Notes under the pieces: model-generated
The model's input: only the letters and a program-made list of their open reading frames with translations
Databases searched by the model: none
Told to the model about the DNA's origin: nothing
Assembly: GCF_009914755.1 (NCBI RefSeq)
Contig: NC_060939.1
Source of the DNA: the human T2T-CHM13v2.0 reference genome, Homo sapiens
Strand: one strand, 5' to 3'
DNA: 64,000 nt
Shown here: positions 47,736 to 64,000 of the stretch, piece after piece
How the letters are laid out: each line of letters starts with the position of its first letter
Numbering within the stretch: the stretch's first letter is position 1
Translations under genes and position numbers: made by a program

Positions 47736-47895
47736 GTGTGAGCTGTGAATGGAGGAGAGGGGTCAGGCAAGAGGCCAACGTCCAGGGGCCAGCACTCTCT
47801 TCCAGTGCCTTTCCCTTGAGTAAACATAACAGCACATACTGTATGATTCCATTTATGAAAAATAACAAGCATGTTTGTTTTATAGTGTAATATGA

Positions 47896-48207
<312 letters not shown>

Positions 48208-48494
48208 TGAACTCCTGAGCTCAGGTGATCTGCCTGCCTTGCCCTCCCTAAGTGCTGGAATTACAGGCATAAGGTGCCACACCTGGCCTGGTTATATTGA
48301 TGTAGGATGGACATTTGTTTCAGACATTATCTTAGAAATTACTTTAGGCCTAAATGATGTCACGTTCCTTCATTTAGGACTTTAGTTAGCTTCTGCCAGG
48401 TATGTGGCGGCACTAGTAATCCAAGGTCACCTTAATCAGTTTTCAAGGATTAAGACTTTCTGACCTACCCTGGTAATTCAAAGCCAGAGCATAG

Positions 48495-48740
<246 letters not shown>

Positions 48741-49118
48741 TAGCCAGGATGGTCTCGATCTCCTGACCTCGTGATCCGCCCACCTCAGCCTCCCAAAGTG
48801 CTGGGATTACAGGTGTGAGCCACCGCGCCCGGCCCACCCTTACTCTTAAAATTTAAGTCCTTTGGGTTTCCCAGCCCCAAGTGTGGGGTAATTTCCCCAC
48901 TGCAAGTTCTGTTCCTTCATGCCCCCAAGACTCTCATAGGCTCTGCTCAGCTTCTCAAGGTTGGCAAACTCTACCATGGCCAAAGTGGCTTCCAATGCTG
49001 GGCTCACTGGCCAGGCAATTTCTTCATATCTTCTTAGATCTTTGATGCTTTTAAGATGATTTTAAATATTTTGGCAAGTTTTAAAAGTTGCTTTCTGTAG
49101 GAAGATTGGTCTGAATAA

Positions 49119-49313
<195 letters not shown>

Positions 49314-49645
49314 TAAGTCCTGGGACTACAGGAGCCCACCACCACACCTGGCTCATTTTTGTATTTTTAAGTAGAGACAGGGCTTCACCACATTGGCCAG
49401 GCTAGTCTCGAATCCCTGGCCTCAAGTGATCCACCCGCCTTGGCCTCCCAAAGTGCTGACATCACAGGCACGAGCCACTGCACCTGGCCCTAACATTGAA
49501 CTTAGTTCTAACATTACAGTGTTCCTACTTATTTTTTTGATCCTATAATTGTACATCTTTTTTTAAAACTGAAAATATTGCTATCTAACAAAATACACAT
49601 ATTTGCTTTTTCTAACAGTATGAAAGCAAAGTTTCCAAATAACAC

Positions 49646-50057
49646 TGCTATGGTTTGAATGTGTCCCCCAAAGTTTGTGTGTTGGAAACTTAATCCCCAA
49701 TACAGCAACGTGGAGAGGGGAGACCTTTAAAAGTTAATCAGGTCATGAAGACCGTGCCCTCATGAGTGGATTGATGATGTTATTTCAAGAGTAGGTTTGT
49801 TATAAAAGTGAATTCAGCTGCTTCTTGTTCTCTCTTGTGCGTGTGCTTGCTTTCTGTTGTGTGCACACATGGTCTTTCACTCTTCCGCCTTCCCCTATGT
49901 GATGAGGCAGCACAGAGGGCTAAGTCAAGGTCTCACTAGATGCCAGCCCCTTGATCTAGGACTTGCCAGCCTCCAGAACCATGTGAAATAAATTCATTTG
50001 TTATAAATTACCTATTCTCAGATATTCTGTTATAGCAACACACAGCAGACTAAGACA
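49646..50057 (+). mobile_element. MaLR solo LTR (MST/MLT1A-like)
   Basis: tgctatggtttgaatgtgtcccc start and gactaagaca end. Confidence 0.8.
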
Positions 50058-51361
50058 TATACCAATATGAGCAAGAAAAAACACAGCAAGCGGTATCCAC
50101 CCAGCATCAATCCTGATGTTATCTGTCCCGGGTCTATGCAGTTCCTTGGGATCTTACTGTGGTCTTTCCTCAGGCTGCTGTGGATACCCCAGGGCAAGAC
50201 CCTTCCCCTCTAGGCTCAAGCTACCAGAGCAAATAAAAGTAAGGGTTGGCCAGGCACGTTGGCTCACACCTGTAATCCCAGCACTTTGGGAGGCCAAGGC
50301 GGGCAGATCACCTGAGGTCAGGAGTCCGAGACCAGCCTCACCAACATGGTGAAACCCTGTCTCTACTAAAAATACAAAAATTAGCTGGGTGTGGTGGGTG
50401 CACGCATGTAGTCCCAGCCACATGGGAGGCTGAGGCAGGAGAATTGCCTGAACCCTGGAGGTGGAGGTTGCAGTGAGCCAAGACTGCACTCCAGCCTGGG
50501 TGACAGAGTGAGATACTGTCTCAAAAAAAAAAAAGTAAGGGTTAGCTTCTAGATTTTCAAATTCAGCTTGCAAATCTTATTATTCTATTTATGTATGGCA
50601 ATTTTTTTTTTTTAGACGGAGTCTCACTCTGTTGCCCAGGCTGGGGTGCAGTGGCGCTGTCTCAGCTCACTGCAACCTCTATCTCCCGGGTTTAAGAAAT
50701 TCTCTGCCTCAGCCTCCAGAATAGCTGGGATTACAGGCATGTGCCACCAAGCCCAGCTAATTTTTTTTGTATTTTTAGTAGAGACGAGGGTTCAGCATAT
50801 TGGCCAGGCTGGTCTTGAACTCCTGACCTCATGATCCACCCGCCTCAGCCTCCCAAAGTGCTGGGATTATAAGCGTGAGCCACCGCGCCTGTCCGTATAG
50901 CAAATTTTAAGTCTCCTTTAAGAGGTCTTCAAATATCTTTGGTTCGGTTTATAAATTTAGATAATCAAACATCTTACAATATTTTAAACTGTATTTAAAA
51001 GTTAGACATATTTGAGTATTCCAGTTTTTAACTTGACTAACAAAACTTTCCTTCCTGAGTATTGAATAATCTCTATGAAATTTTTATAAGTTAAATTTAT
51101 AAAAAGTAAAAATCTAAATATGGAAAATTAAAATAAGATGAATTTAAAGTTCTCTTAAGTCTTCTAATATTGCGCATAAACTTAGTAAGATTTCAACTTA
51201 AAACCCTCAGCTTATTCCATTTACTTTTGGTTTTTAGTGATAAGGTTATAACTTGAAAAGACCAATTGTCTTATACAACTATTACAGACTACCAAACACA
51301 CACAGATTACCTAACACCCTCTTAACACCAAAATATGAGTGTCACAGCCAAGTAGCCCACC

Positions 51362-51679
<318 letters not shown>

Positions 51680-52275
51680 TAACACCATGTCGAGGGCCAT
51701 GGCGGTGAATGAGACTGAGTCTCCACCCTCACAGAGCTCCCACGCAGGGAGAGCCACAGATGGCAGCCATGCTGTGCTGCAGTAAAAGCAGTGACAGACA
51801 GCTGTGCAGAGTACGCCTCCAGCACCGAGGGGAGACGGTGGGACGGAGTGGGAGGTCAGGAAGGGGCTTGGAACACACAGACTGACAAGTCCTGGGATAT
51901 TTGTGCGGACAGAACAACAGACTGTTTAAAACATGGCATGGCCAGCCTGGAAAACACAGAACGAATGGTTGCCATGCCTGAGGGCCCTTGGTGGGGCGGC
52001 AGAGAGACCCCAGGTGGGGCTGGTGGGGATCACATCGGAGCCTGGTCTGTCGGTCAGCGTGGACTCAGGCAGGCTGGGGTCCAGCCTCAACCATGTCTAG
52101 TGACCTCAGTTTCTTCATCTGAACAATATCATTCACACTAGAACCTTCCTCCCCATAGGGAGGCAGAGGAGTGCAGGGAGAGCAGGCTATGTCCAGGAAG
52201 CTGACCTCAGCAGGTCAGCTGGGCTCCAGCCAGTGCAGCCACTGTGCGGCTGAGCCCACTCACCTTCAAGGAAAT

Positions 52276-52885
52276 CTCCTTCCCAATCCCCACTTTCCTT
52301 TTTTCTTCCTCTTCTTTCTTCTCCTCCTCCTCCTTTCTCCTTCTCCCCCACTCCTCCTTCTCCCCCACTCTTCCTCCTTCTCCTCCTCCTCCTCCCCCTC
52401 CTCCTCCTCCCCCTCCTTCCCCTCCTTCTCCCCCTCCCCCTCCTCCGCCTCCCCTTCCCCCTTCTCCCCCTCCCCTTCCCCTTCTCCCCCTCCCCACTTC
52501 CCTTCCCCCTTCTCCCCCTCCCCACTTCCCTTCCCCCTTCTCCCCCTCCCCACTTCCCTTCCCCCTTCTCCCCCTCCCCTTCCCCCCTTCTCCCCCTCCC
52601 CATTCTCCCCCTCCTCTTCCTCCTCCTCCTTCTCCCCTTCCTCTTCCTCCTTCTCCCCTTCCTCTTCCTTCTCCCCTTCCTCCTCCCCCTCCTCTTCCTC
52701 CTCCTCCTTCTCCTCCTCCTCTTTCTTCCTCTTCTTCTTCCCCTCCTCCTCCTGCTTCTCCTTCTCTTTCTTCCTCTTCTCCTCTTCCTTCTCCTCCTCC
52801 TTCTCTTCCTCCTTATCTTCCTCCCCCTCCTTCTCTTCCTCCCCCTCCTCCTCCTTCTCTTCTCTCTCTTTTTTTTTTTTTTTTT
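52276..52885. repeat. About 600-bp C/T-rich low-complexity tract with internal 28-bp tandem units
   Basis: Almost exclusively C and T on the + strand. Confidence 0.95.
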
Positions 52886-53439
52886 AGACAGGGTCTTGTT
52901 CTGTCACCCAGGCTGGAGTGCAGAGGTGTGCACTGTAGCCTTGACCTTCTGAGCTCAAGTGATCTGCCCACTTTGGCATTCCAAAGTGCTGGGATTGCAG
53001 GTGTGAGCCACTGTGCCTGGCCACCTGCTTCCCTTCTTATATGAAGTATTGTCGGTGCCTCTTTACCATTCTGAAATGAATGGTATAACCATTCATTTCA
53101 GTATAACCAACCCACAGACGTAATTAAATATATATTTTCATAATTGTCATATGAAGGAGAAATAAAAAGAAAGCAATTGATAATGAATAAAATGAAATGT
53201 ATTTCAGTCTGTAAATATTTTGAGCATCACTGCATTAGGAAAACTTTGTAATGTTTAATTACTCCCAGCTTTTAGCTATAAACAGAGGCACTGAGAAGGT
53301 GACAAGTGATATGCAGGTGAATACAAGGTGTTATTCTGGTAAGTCAACTACCTGAGATGGTTTTCTGAGAGAGGAATATTTCTTGATAAAATTCTACACT
53401 AAACAAAGTATAAACATGTAAACGACATTTACATAGTAG

Positions 53440-53596
53440 TTACATTCCCGGCAGCGCAGCTCCACCTCTTCCTCTGCCCATTCAAACTTGGCTCCCTTCC
53501 CTTCACAGGAGTTGATCCCAAGGGCTCTTTTTAAGAAAGCCCTACAGCCTAAACTGCATGGCAGAGCCTGCTTTCCAGAGAACTCCGTCCGTGACA
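53440..53596 (+). mobile_element. ERVL LTR16-like fragment
   Basis: cccttcacaggagttgatcccaagggc...agagcctgctttccagagaac...gtgaca resembles the LTR16 3' end. Confidence 0.55.
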
Positions 53597-55152
53597 CATG
53601 GCATTGGACAGCATAGGTTACTCATGTGACTGAAGTCCTGGGAAGGGGAGCTCATTCCTGCTGGGGGCATTTGGGAGGAATGGGGCTGACTTGAAGGATA
53701 GGTAGGGCTTTAACAGTCTGAGACAGGAGGAGAAGGTCATTGTAGCTGGCCATTATCGTTGTCACTGTAAGGATGTGGCTTTGCAGTAGCACTTTATTCA
53801 CACATTTCACAGGGGCCAGGGAATGGTGAGTCCTGGGGAATGGTGAGGTCCTGGGGCTGTGATGGAAGAGGAGGCTAGACTGGGGTAAAATGCACTTTAT
53901 TTACAGGGCAATGGAGAGTCAGTGGGAAGAGATATGACAGGTAGGCATTTTCAGAAAAGTCTCTGGTACAAATCCATGCTGTATTAAGAGAGTTTGTACC
54001 ATTGCTGACTTCTGGGTGAGATACCATGAGGCCTGTCCAGAGCGGGGACCATGGGAATGCAGATGTGAGAGATTCAGGAGTGGAAGGCGCTGAACAAGGT
54101 GATGGTTGGGTATGGGAGTGGGACACAGGGAAGGGCCAGAGATGGTCCCAAGCCAGCCCCAGCCCAGATCCAAGCATGCAGAGGGTAGCCACTGAGCAGG
54201 CATGGGTGGCTGCAGGGGCCATGGTTTTCCTCCTTCCTTGAGTGAGGAGGTAGTTTTGTCCAGGGTCCGCTTGGGGGCGCAGGTCAGCCTGTGGGGCACA
54301 TCAGGCCTGGGGATTCCAGCCTCTCTCAGCGGTCTGTCTGAGGAGAGGGGCCCTGAGAGGAAGGGCTGATATATTAGGGTAACAGTAGCTAAGGTAACAC
54401 GGAACTCCCCCCAGCACACACACCCATTTCAATGGCTTAATCCATTAACAGTCTGATTTTCACTCCTGAAACGGTCCCATGCAGGTGTTCCTGGCTGGCC
54501 GGCAGCTCTCTTCATGGTGATTCAGGGTTCTGGGCTCCTTCTAGCCTGTAGTTCTGTGAGCCTCTAAAGGCCTTGGTGTTCTGCACGTTCCATGGATAGA
54601 TGGGGAAAGAGGGACACATTCCCTTCTTACCTGCCTTGACCAGGAAGTAACACCCATTACTTCTCACATCCCATTGCTGAGAACCAGTCATGGGGCCACA
54701 CCCAGATGCAAGGCAGCCTGGGAAATGTGGTCCTTGGTCAGGCGGCCCATCCCAATGACAGTGCCACACCCGCGAAGGGAGCACAGTGTTTGGTAGACAG
54801 GTAGCCGTCTATACCACAGCTGGTGCCAGCCAGCAGGAAATGCCCTTAGTCCCCGGCGGGCTTCCATAAACAGGTGGACACCTGGAAGTGTTGAGGGGAC
54901 CTGGAGGTGCCTTGAGGCTGAGATCTGCCCGCAATAGACAAGGGGCTGTAGCGCGTGTGGAGCGTGAGCCATGCATGTACCTTCATATGTGATGTGGCAC
55001 TTGTATGCTCTGTATTATACACAACCCTTTCGTTTCAAGAAAAGAAAACTGGCTCAAAGGAGTCTGAGTTCTGTGAGGCTTGCAGGCCCAAACAGCCATG
55101 AGTGTGGGACTTCAGTCATGGCCTCCTCCCTGTACCCATGCCTGGGGACAAC

Positions 55153-56072
<920 letters not shown>

Positions 56073-57898
56073 GTTTTCTGTTCCTTCTTTGTCTTTTTCT
56101 TTTTTATTGTTTGGCCCGTCCCCCTCAGTTTTCTTTTCCAGCATAACAAATTACCACATATTTAGCAGCCTAAAATAACATCCATTGATTAGCTCACAGT
56201 TCTGTGGGTCAGAGTCCAGGTGAGAATGACTGGATTCTCTGCTTAGGGTTTCAGAGGGCTGAAATCAAGATGTTGGCTGGGCTGGGCTCTTATCTGAAGG
56301 TTATCTGCTTCCAATCTCCTTCAGGTTGTTGGCAGAATTTAGCTCCTTCAATTGTAGGACTGAAGTCTCTGTTTTCTTGCTGGGTCAGCTAGGGCTTGCT
56401 CTCAGCAACTGGCAGCCACTCTGTATTATGTGTGGCCCCTCCATCTTCAAGGCCAGCAATGGTGCATTGAGTTCTTCAGATGCTTCGAATCTCTGACTTC
56501 TCCAGCTCTCGGTACCTGAAGTTCATGTTTATTTACTTCTTTTCTGTCTCTGTTTCCTGGAATATAAACTCTGCAAGAGCAGAAATCTTGTGTTTTGTTT
56601 AATACTGCACCCAGCAACTAGATTGCTGCCTAACACATAGTAGGCATTCAACACGTTTCTCGAATGAATAAAGGGATGGATATCGAATAAATGAATCACA
56701 GGATATGGCATGTGGCAGGAGTTTGGTAACCTTCCTCAAGGTGGCCGTAGTAAAAGATTTGGGCACTTTCCCAGGGCAAGGAGGTCAGCATATCTGGGTA
56801 CCCCCTTTCCCCAAAGGGGAGGAGAACTCAGGAAGCAGCTGTTGAATGATGAAGGGGTAGGGCAGCACTGGATTGGGACTCCAAAGACCTAGGTTTGAGT
56901 CCTGTCTGTCCTATCACTAGCCATTGGACACAGATGCTTCTGGCTCCCATCCCTTCCTGGTTGCTCTCTGAGAGGTCTGGTACCTGGCTGGAACTGGGCC
57001 ACTTAGGTCAAGGACCCATGGTAGGTTCTGCTCCTCACTGTCAGGGGCATTAGCCTTTTGATACTAATTTTCTTTTCTGCAAAGTAGGCATAATCATATT
57101 ACAAAAGGATATTGTGAGAATTAAGTATGAATTAATATACTCAACAAATATTTGTCAGGCACCTACTCCATGCCAGCCACAGTTCTGGGCCCTGGGGATA
57201 TCGCAGCAAAGATAACAGCAAAGATGACATGTGCTTGCAGGGTCCTAGCGGAACATCAGGCATATAGCCTGTGCTTGGGAGGTAGTCAGAGTCACTGGCT
57301 TTAGACAGACATTTAAGGCCCTCATGCTGAGGCCCTGTTTCTTCCTCTAAGTCTCTGTGCTTTCGCCATCCCTCTTCCTGCTGCTGCCTGGCGCAGACAG
57401 CCTCCTGCACCTTCCCCCATGCCCAAGAGCAGACATCTCCCCTTTCTCACTGGGAGGATACTGCTGCCTCCCCTGAGCTCAGGTGGGCAAAGTGATGGCA
57501 GCATCGGTGTCTTCGCCATCAGCTCCATCCAAGTATTCAGGGAATTTGTCCTTAGATGTCTCCTGGGACATTTAAAGCAATTAAGGGATGAGGTGGATCA
57601 TACCTGTAATCCCAGCACTTTGGGAGGCTGAAACAGGAGGATCTCTTGAGCCCAGGAATTCAAGACCAGCCTGGCCAACATGGCAAACCCTGTCTCTACA
57701 AAAAGTTAAAAAGTTAGATAGGTGTGAGCTGGGCGCGGTGGCTCACGCCTATAATCCCAGCACTTTGGGAGGCTGAGGCGGGTGGATCACAAGGTCAGGG
57801 GTTGGAGACCAGCCTGACCAACATGGTGAAACCCCGTCTCTACTAAAAATACAAAAAAATTAGCTGGGCGTGGTGGCAGGCACCTGTAATCTCATCTA

Positions 57899-58189
<291 letters not shown>

Positions 58190-61167
58190 TCAGCAATGTG
58201 CTGTGTCCAATTCCTCCAGGTAGCCTTCCCAGACTGCCCACAGCAGGGCATGATCCGTCTGAGCAGCCAGTCTGGCCTGCCTTGTCTCCTGTAGCACTTT
58301 GCGCCCCACCCCACTGGGAGTCCTTATCTTATCTCCATTCCTGCTCCCTGGCTGGGAGGGCTGCTAGGGTAAGTTGCCTGAGGAAGCAATTGATTGAAGT
58401 CTTGCAAATTCCAGCTTTGACCCCTGCAACTCTTCACACTTGAGAAAATCGAGGCCAAAATAGAGTCTTCTGTTTTGCAGTTGCCATTCTAAGGCTCTAA
58501 CCTCTTCCCTTTCTCTTCCTGCTACTCCAAATGACTCCTTTATCCACATCTTTAATTCCAGTCCTATTCCACTGCCTACTGCCACCCCAACTCACATATC
58601 CTCTCCAGTTCCCCAGTGTTAAGAAACCGTCCTTCCACCCTGCCCTACAGATGCCTGATGAGTGAATAGATGATGCTGGCAGGTGAGCATGGTGGGAAGA
58701 GGCGCGCTGGGATCCCGGCCTCTGCCGTGCCTCGCTGTGTGACTGAGGGGGAGACCTATAGTCACTCAGAGCCCAGGCTCCCTATGGGTTAAATTGGGAT
58801 GGTTACCTCATTGTCGTGGGGGCCCTAGTATGATGCAGCCTGGTTGGAGTGCAGAGAGCTATAGAGGAGGACATGGGGAGGCCATCTGTCTGTGGGTCAG
58901 AAAAGGCTCTGGATAGGAGTCACTCTCAGGAAGAGAGGCAGGCCCAGGAGGTGGCCCAGGACAAAGTTGGCTCTCAGAGGGGAGGGGTCACCTGGGCACA
59001 ACAGGGAGCCTTGGTTGTCAAGGGAGAGGGGACTTGATTCCAGCCAAGGGAGAAGAACATTTTTTAACAGTGGAATAAATTCATGTTTATGAGCTGTTCT
59101 TTCCTGTTACATAAGAGTCTTTATGAGATACGCTTTGGGAATCTCCAGACATACTTAGGGAAACTTGGCAGAGGACTGGCCAGGTGGCCTTGGCAGGAAG
59201 GGACCACAGCCTGGGAAACATGATGGTTCATACACACATCGAAGCTCTGAATGACACAGTGTCACCAGTGCCACTAACCAATGCCTCCTTCCCTCCTGAG
59301 AGTAGGGGCTGCTGCTTCTGCCTGTTTGTGGGTCCTGTAAGGTCCACCTAAGCAGCTACCCCATAGTAGACACTCATGGTTGCAGATTAAAGGGGATATC
59401 TGCACAGGCGTGCCACGCATGCGTGCTGATCCTCCCTCTGGGGACCATCTTGGCTGCCATTCCTTCAGCCCAGGTAGTAGAGAGCTGACCTGGTAGAAAG
59501 GATCACGGAGAACCTGGTGCCTGTCTACTGAGAGCAGGAGGCTGCAGACCTCAGGGAAGAGGAATTCAGGCCGTCTGAAAGCAGAGTGAGGATGGAAGAA
59601 GGGGAAAAGGCCGCATTCTATCTTAGCACAGAGTAACCAGGCATGAACACACGCATGTGTGAATGTACATGTGTGTGTGCTTGCTTTTGCACATATGTGT
59701 GAAGCAGGAACCCAGGAGACTGACATTTCAATGGCTGAGCACCAAGTCAACTTCCAAGAAATTTCTAAATCAAAAGACATTTTGTCTTGCCTCCTGCTGT
59801 ATCCCTCGTATCCTCAGAAATGACTAGCAGGCCGGCTGGCTGGCTGGATTTCAGGTACTGAGGCAAGGTCACTGGTGCTCACAGCCAGGGGTCCTGTTTG
59901 GAGGGTCCCTGCCAGGCACCCCATCCCCCCAGCCCTGCCCCTTTGCCCAGAGGCCCCCTAAGCTCCTACTTTGCTGCTCTGCCATTGTCAACGCCCCGCC
60001 TCCGTCTTGAGGTCTGAGGTGGCTGTTTGTCAGGTCCCGGCCCGTGGGAAGGGTAGAAGCAGGAGCGGAGGTGTGCGCATCCCCTTTTAGGGCACAGCCC
60101 GGAAGTTGCCTCTGTCCCAAGTGCTCCTGCCCACGATGATGGAGCTCAGTCACATGGTGCCACCTAGCTGTGAAGCAGGCTGGAAAAGGTGAGCTTTAGC
60201 TAGTGGCCATGGACCCAGCCAAAACACAGGGTTCTGTGGCTAACGGAAGGAGAAAATGGGTATTGGAGGACAGTTAGCAGTTTTGTCCACAAAGTGAGAG
60301 AGAGTGAATGTGGAGGCCGGGACACCAGGCAAGAGGCCACTGCGATATTCCAGGTGAGAGATTATGGTGGTCCAGACTAGGAGGTGGCAGCCAGATGAAA
60401 CAACTGGGAAGATTCTGGAAATACGGAGAAGGTAGGATCCACAGGATTTGGTATTAAATACTGAGGACGAAGGAGAAGGCGGAATCAGGGACAACATCTG
60501 TGTATCTGGCATGAACGTTTGGCACACTTATTTAGCACACATTTATCAAGTCCATCCCACTTAGCAGGCACCAGGCCCCAGTCCTACTGCAGACATGTGG
60601 CACCATCTCTGTCCTCGAGGGCATTGGAGGGGAAAGTGTAAGCCCAGGAAACATGGGGAGAGCTGCTAGATGGTTGGAAATCAGTTAGGACTGACTGTGG
60701 GTGGACAGGATTCCAGGGGAAGCAGAGATTGTCTCAAACATAGGGACCATTTGGTAGGGCTGCACACTCCTAGGGAAGAAGGCAGGCAGGTAAGCAGGAG
60801 GACTCAAGACTTGAAGGTGGCCTAAGTTATCAGAAAAACCTTTCTGGTGCCGGCAGTGATGGCCATGGTGCAGCAGCAGGAGATCTGGCTTTGCAACCAG
60901 ATGGTTCTTAATTCAAATCCTGGCTCTGTTCTCATGCATTGCTGGTGAAATTGTAAATTGGATCAGCCTCTATGGTAGACTATTTGGCATTATTAATCAA
61001 AACTACAAACACACATACCTCTGTAGGAATTTATTCTACAGATATACTCACTTATGTGTGAAGCAACAAATACACAAGGCTATTCACTGCAGCATTAATT
61101 TTGTAAATGCAAAAGATTGGAAACAGCCCAAATGTCCACCAGTAGGGGACTAGGTAAATAGGATATA

Positions 61168-62846
<1,679 letters not shown>

Positions 62847-63150
62847 TATTTATGCAATGGAATACTATGTGAAAAAGCATGAAGTGGCCAGGCGCGGTGG
62901 CTCACACCTATGATCCCAGCACTTTGGGAGGCCAAGGCAGGTGGATCACCTGAGGTCAGGAGTTCGAGACCAGCCTGGCTAACATGGTGAAACCCCGTTT
63001 TCTGGTTGTGGCCAGCCGGAGCTTTCAGCAGGATGTAATCAGGGCCAGGAGCTTGAAACCAGCCTGGCCAACATGGTAAAACCCTGTCTCTACTAAAAAT
63101 ACAAAAATTAGCCGGGCATGGTGCTGCATGCCTGTAATCCCAGCTACTCA

Positions 63151-63276
<126 letters not shown>

Positions 63277-64000
63277 TTAGCTCACATTTGTTCTTAGTTG
63301 TACAAAAATAGGCAGTGTGGCCTTGTGGCCTTCGATCCATAGTTTGTGGACAAGTCCCCTATCCCCTCAAATTCTCTGATAGGCAGAAAAGGCACCTCTC
63401 GCACAAATGACTTCATCTGTCTGGATCTTTGCCTCCCGCAGGCCAGTGGCCATGATGCTAACACCTGTCCCCACTGCCTGGGTGCCTATTTCCAGAATAA
63501 AGGAGGAAGGGGTGGACCCCTGGGCTCTGTTCCCTGATAAGTCCAAGACCTTTGAAGATCCGGCTCCTTCTAAATTAGAAGCAGGTCTTCTCAAGAGCCT
63601 GACCCTCCTAAGTTGGGCCAGGAACTGGGGTCATCTTGGGGTAGGAAGAGGGGCAAAGTTTTGCCCCAAGGCTGCCGCTCTTCCTCTCTGTCCTCCACGC
63701 GTTTCAAGCCTGCCTCTGGGCCAGCCTCTGACACAGGCAGCTGAGGTGGCATCAGGGGCGCTGGGCTCAGAGAGGGATGAGGAGGCTGACATATACCTGG
63801 GCCTGCCTTCCTGTGGTAGGAATGGGGTTGGGAGATTTTCTTGAAAGCCTGAGGGTGGAAGGCTCCGATGAGGTAGACTGTGCTGACCACTTCCTTCCAA
63901 GATAGCGTCTCTGATCTCCTCTCTGTTCTTTAGTTTTGGCTGATCTCCTCTTCCCTACCCTCTTTTCTTCCTCCACTCTCTGAACCTGTCTCTGTTTCCT

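Noticed and set aside
52171-53044. Longest ORFs in the track (238 and 266 aa, poly-Pro/Ser; poly-Gly/Glu/Arg on the - strand)
   Set aside because: A C/T-only tract cannot contain stop codons, so long ORFs are a compositional artefact.
60155-60392. Weaker CTCF-like motifs (ggtgccacctagctg; ctaggaggtggcagc) and a similar one at ~37618
   Set aside because: Mismatches in core positions; the two near 60 kb appear to lie in old repeat sequence, so chance matches are likely.
63407-63844. 145-aa + strand ORF
   Set aside because: No recognisable homology, and several equally long overlapping ORFs on both strands, as expected in GC-rich non-coding DNA.

Overview
Alu-rich primate genomic DNA, recognisable from its proteins as the human ZWILCH/LCTL locus (15q22.31, from recall). 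On the + strand are the last four coding exons and the terminal non-coding exon of ZWILCH. On the - strand is the complete 13-exon LCTL (lactase-like, gamma-Klotho) CDS: 1704 nt, 567 aa plus stop, all introns GT-AG and in phase. The two genes overlap tail to tail. The right half (32-64 kb) has no supportable CDS and is mostly Alu (roughly 60-65 copies or fragments window-wide, counted by eye), MaLR/ERV LTRs, Tigger/MER DNA transposons, L1/L2 remnants and low-complexity tracts. I found no convincing new multi-gene system. The best leads are: a 59-bp non-repeat segment duplicated in inverted orientation 3.7 kb apart next to Alu tails; a strong-Kozak uORF whose stop overlaps the LCTL start codon and sits on a dual donor/acceptor site; the ZWILCH/LCTL antisense overlap with shared signals; a near-consensus CTCF site upstream of LCTL; a THE1 LTR that may act as a promoter; and a micro-inversion inside an Alu. 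Repeat subfamily names come from remembered consensus sequences and need RepeatMasker/Dfam confirmation.
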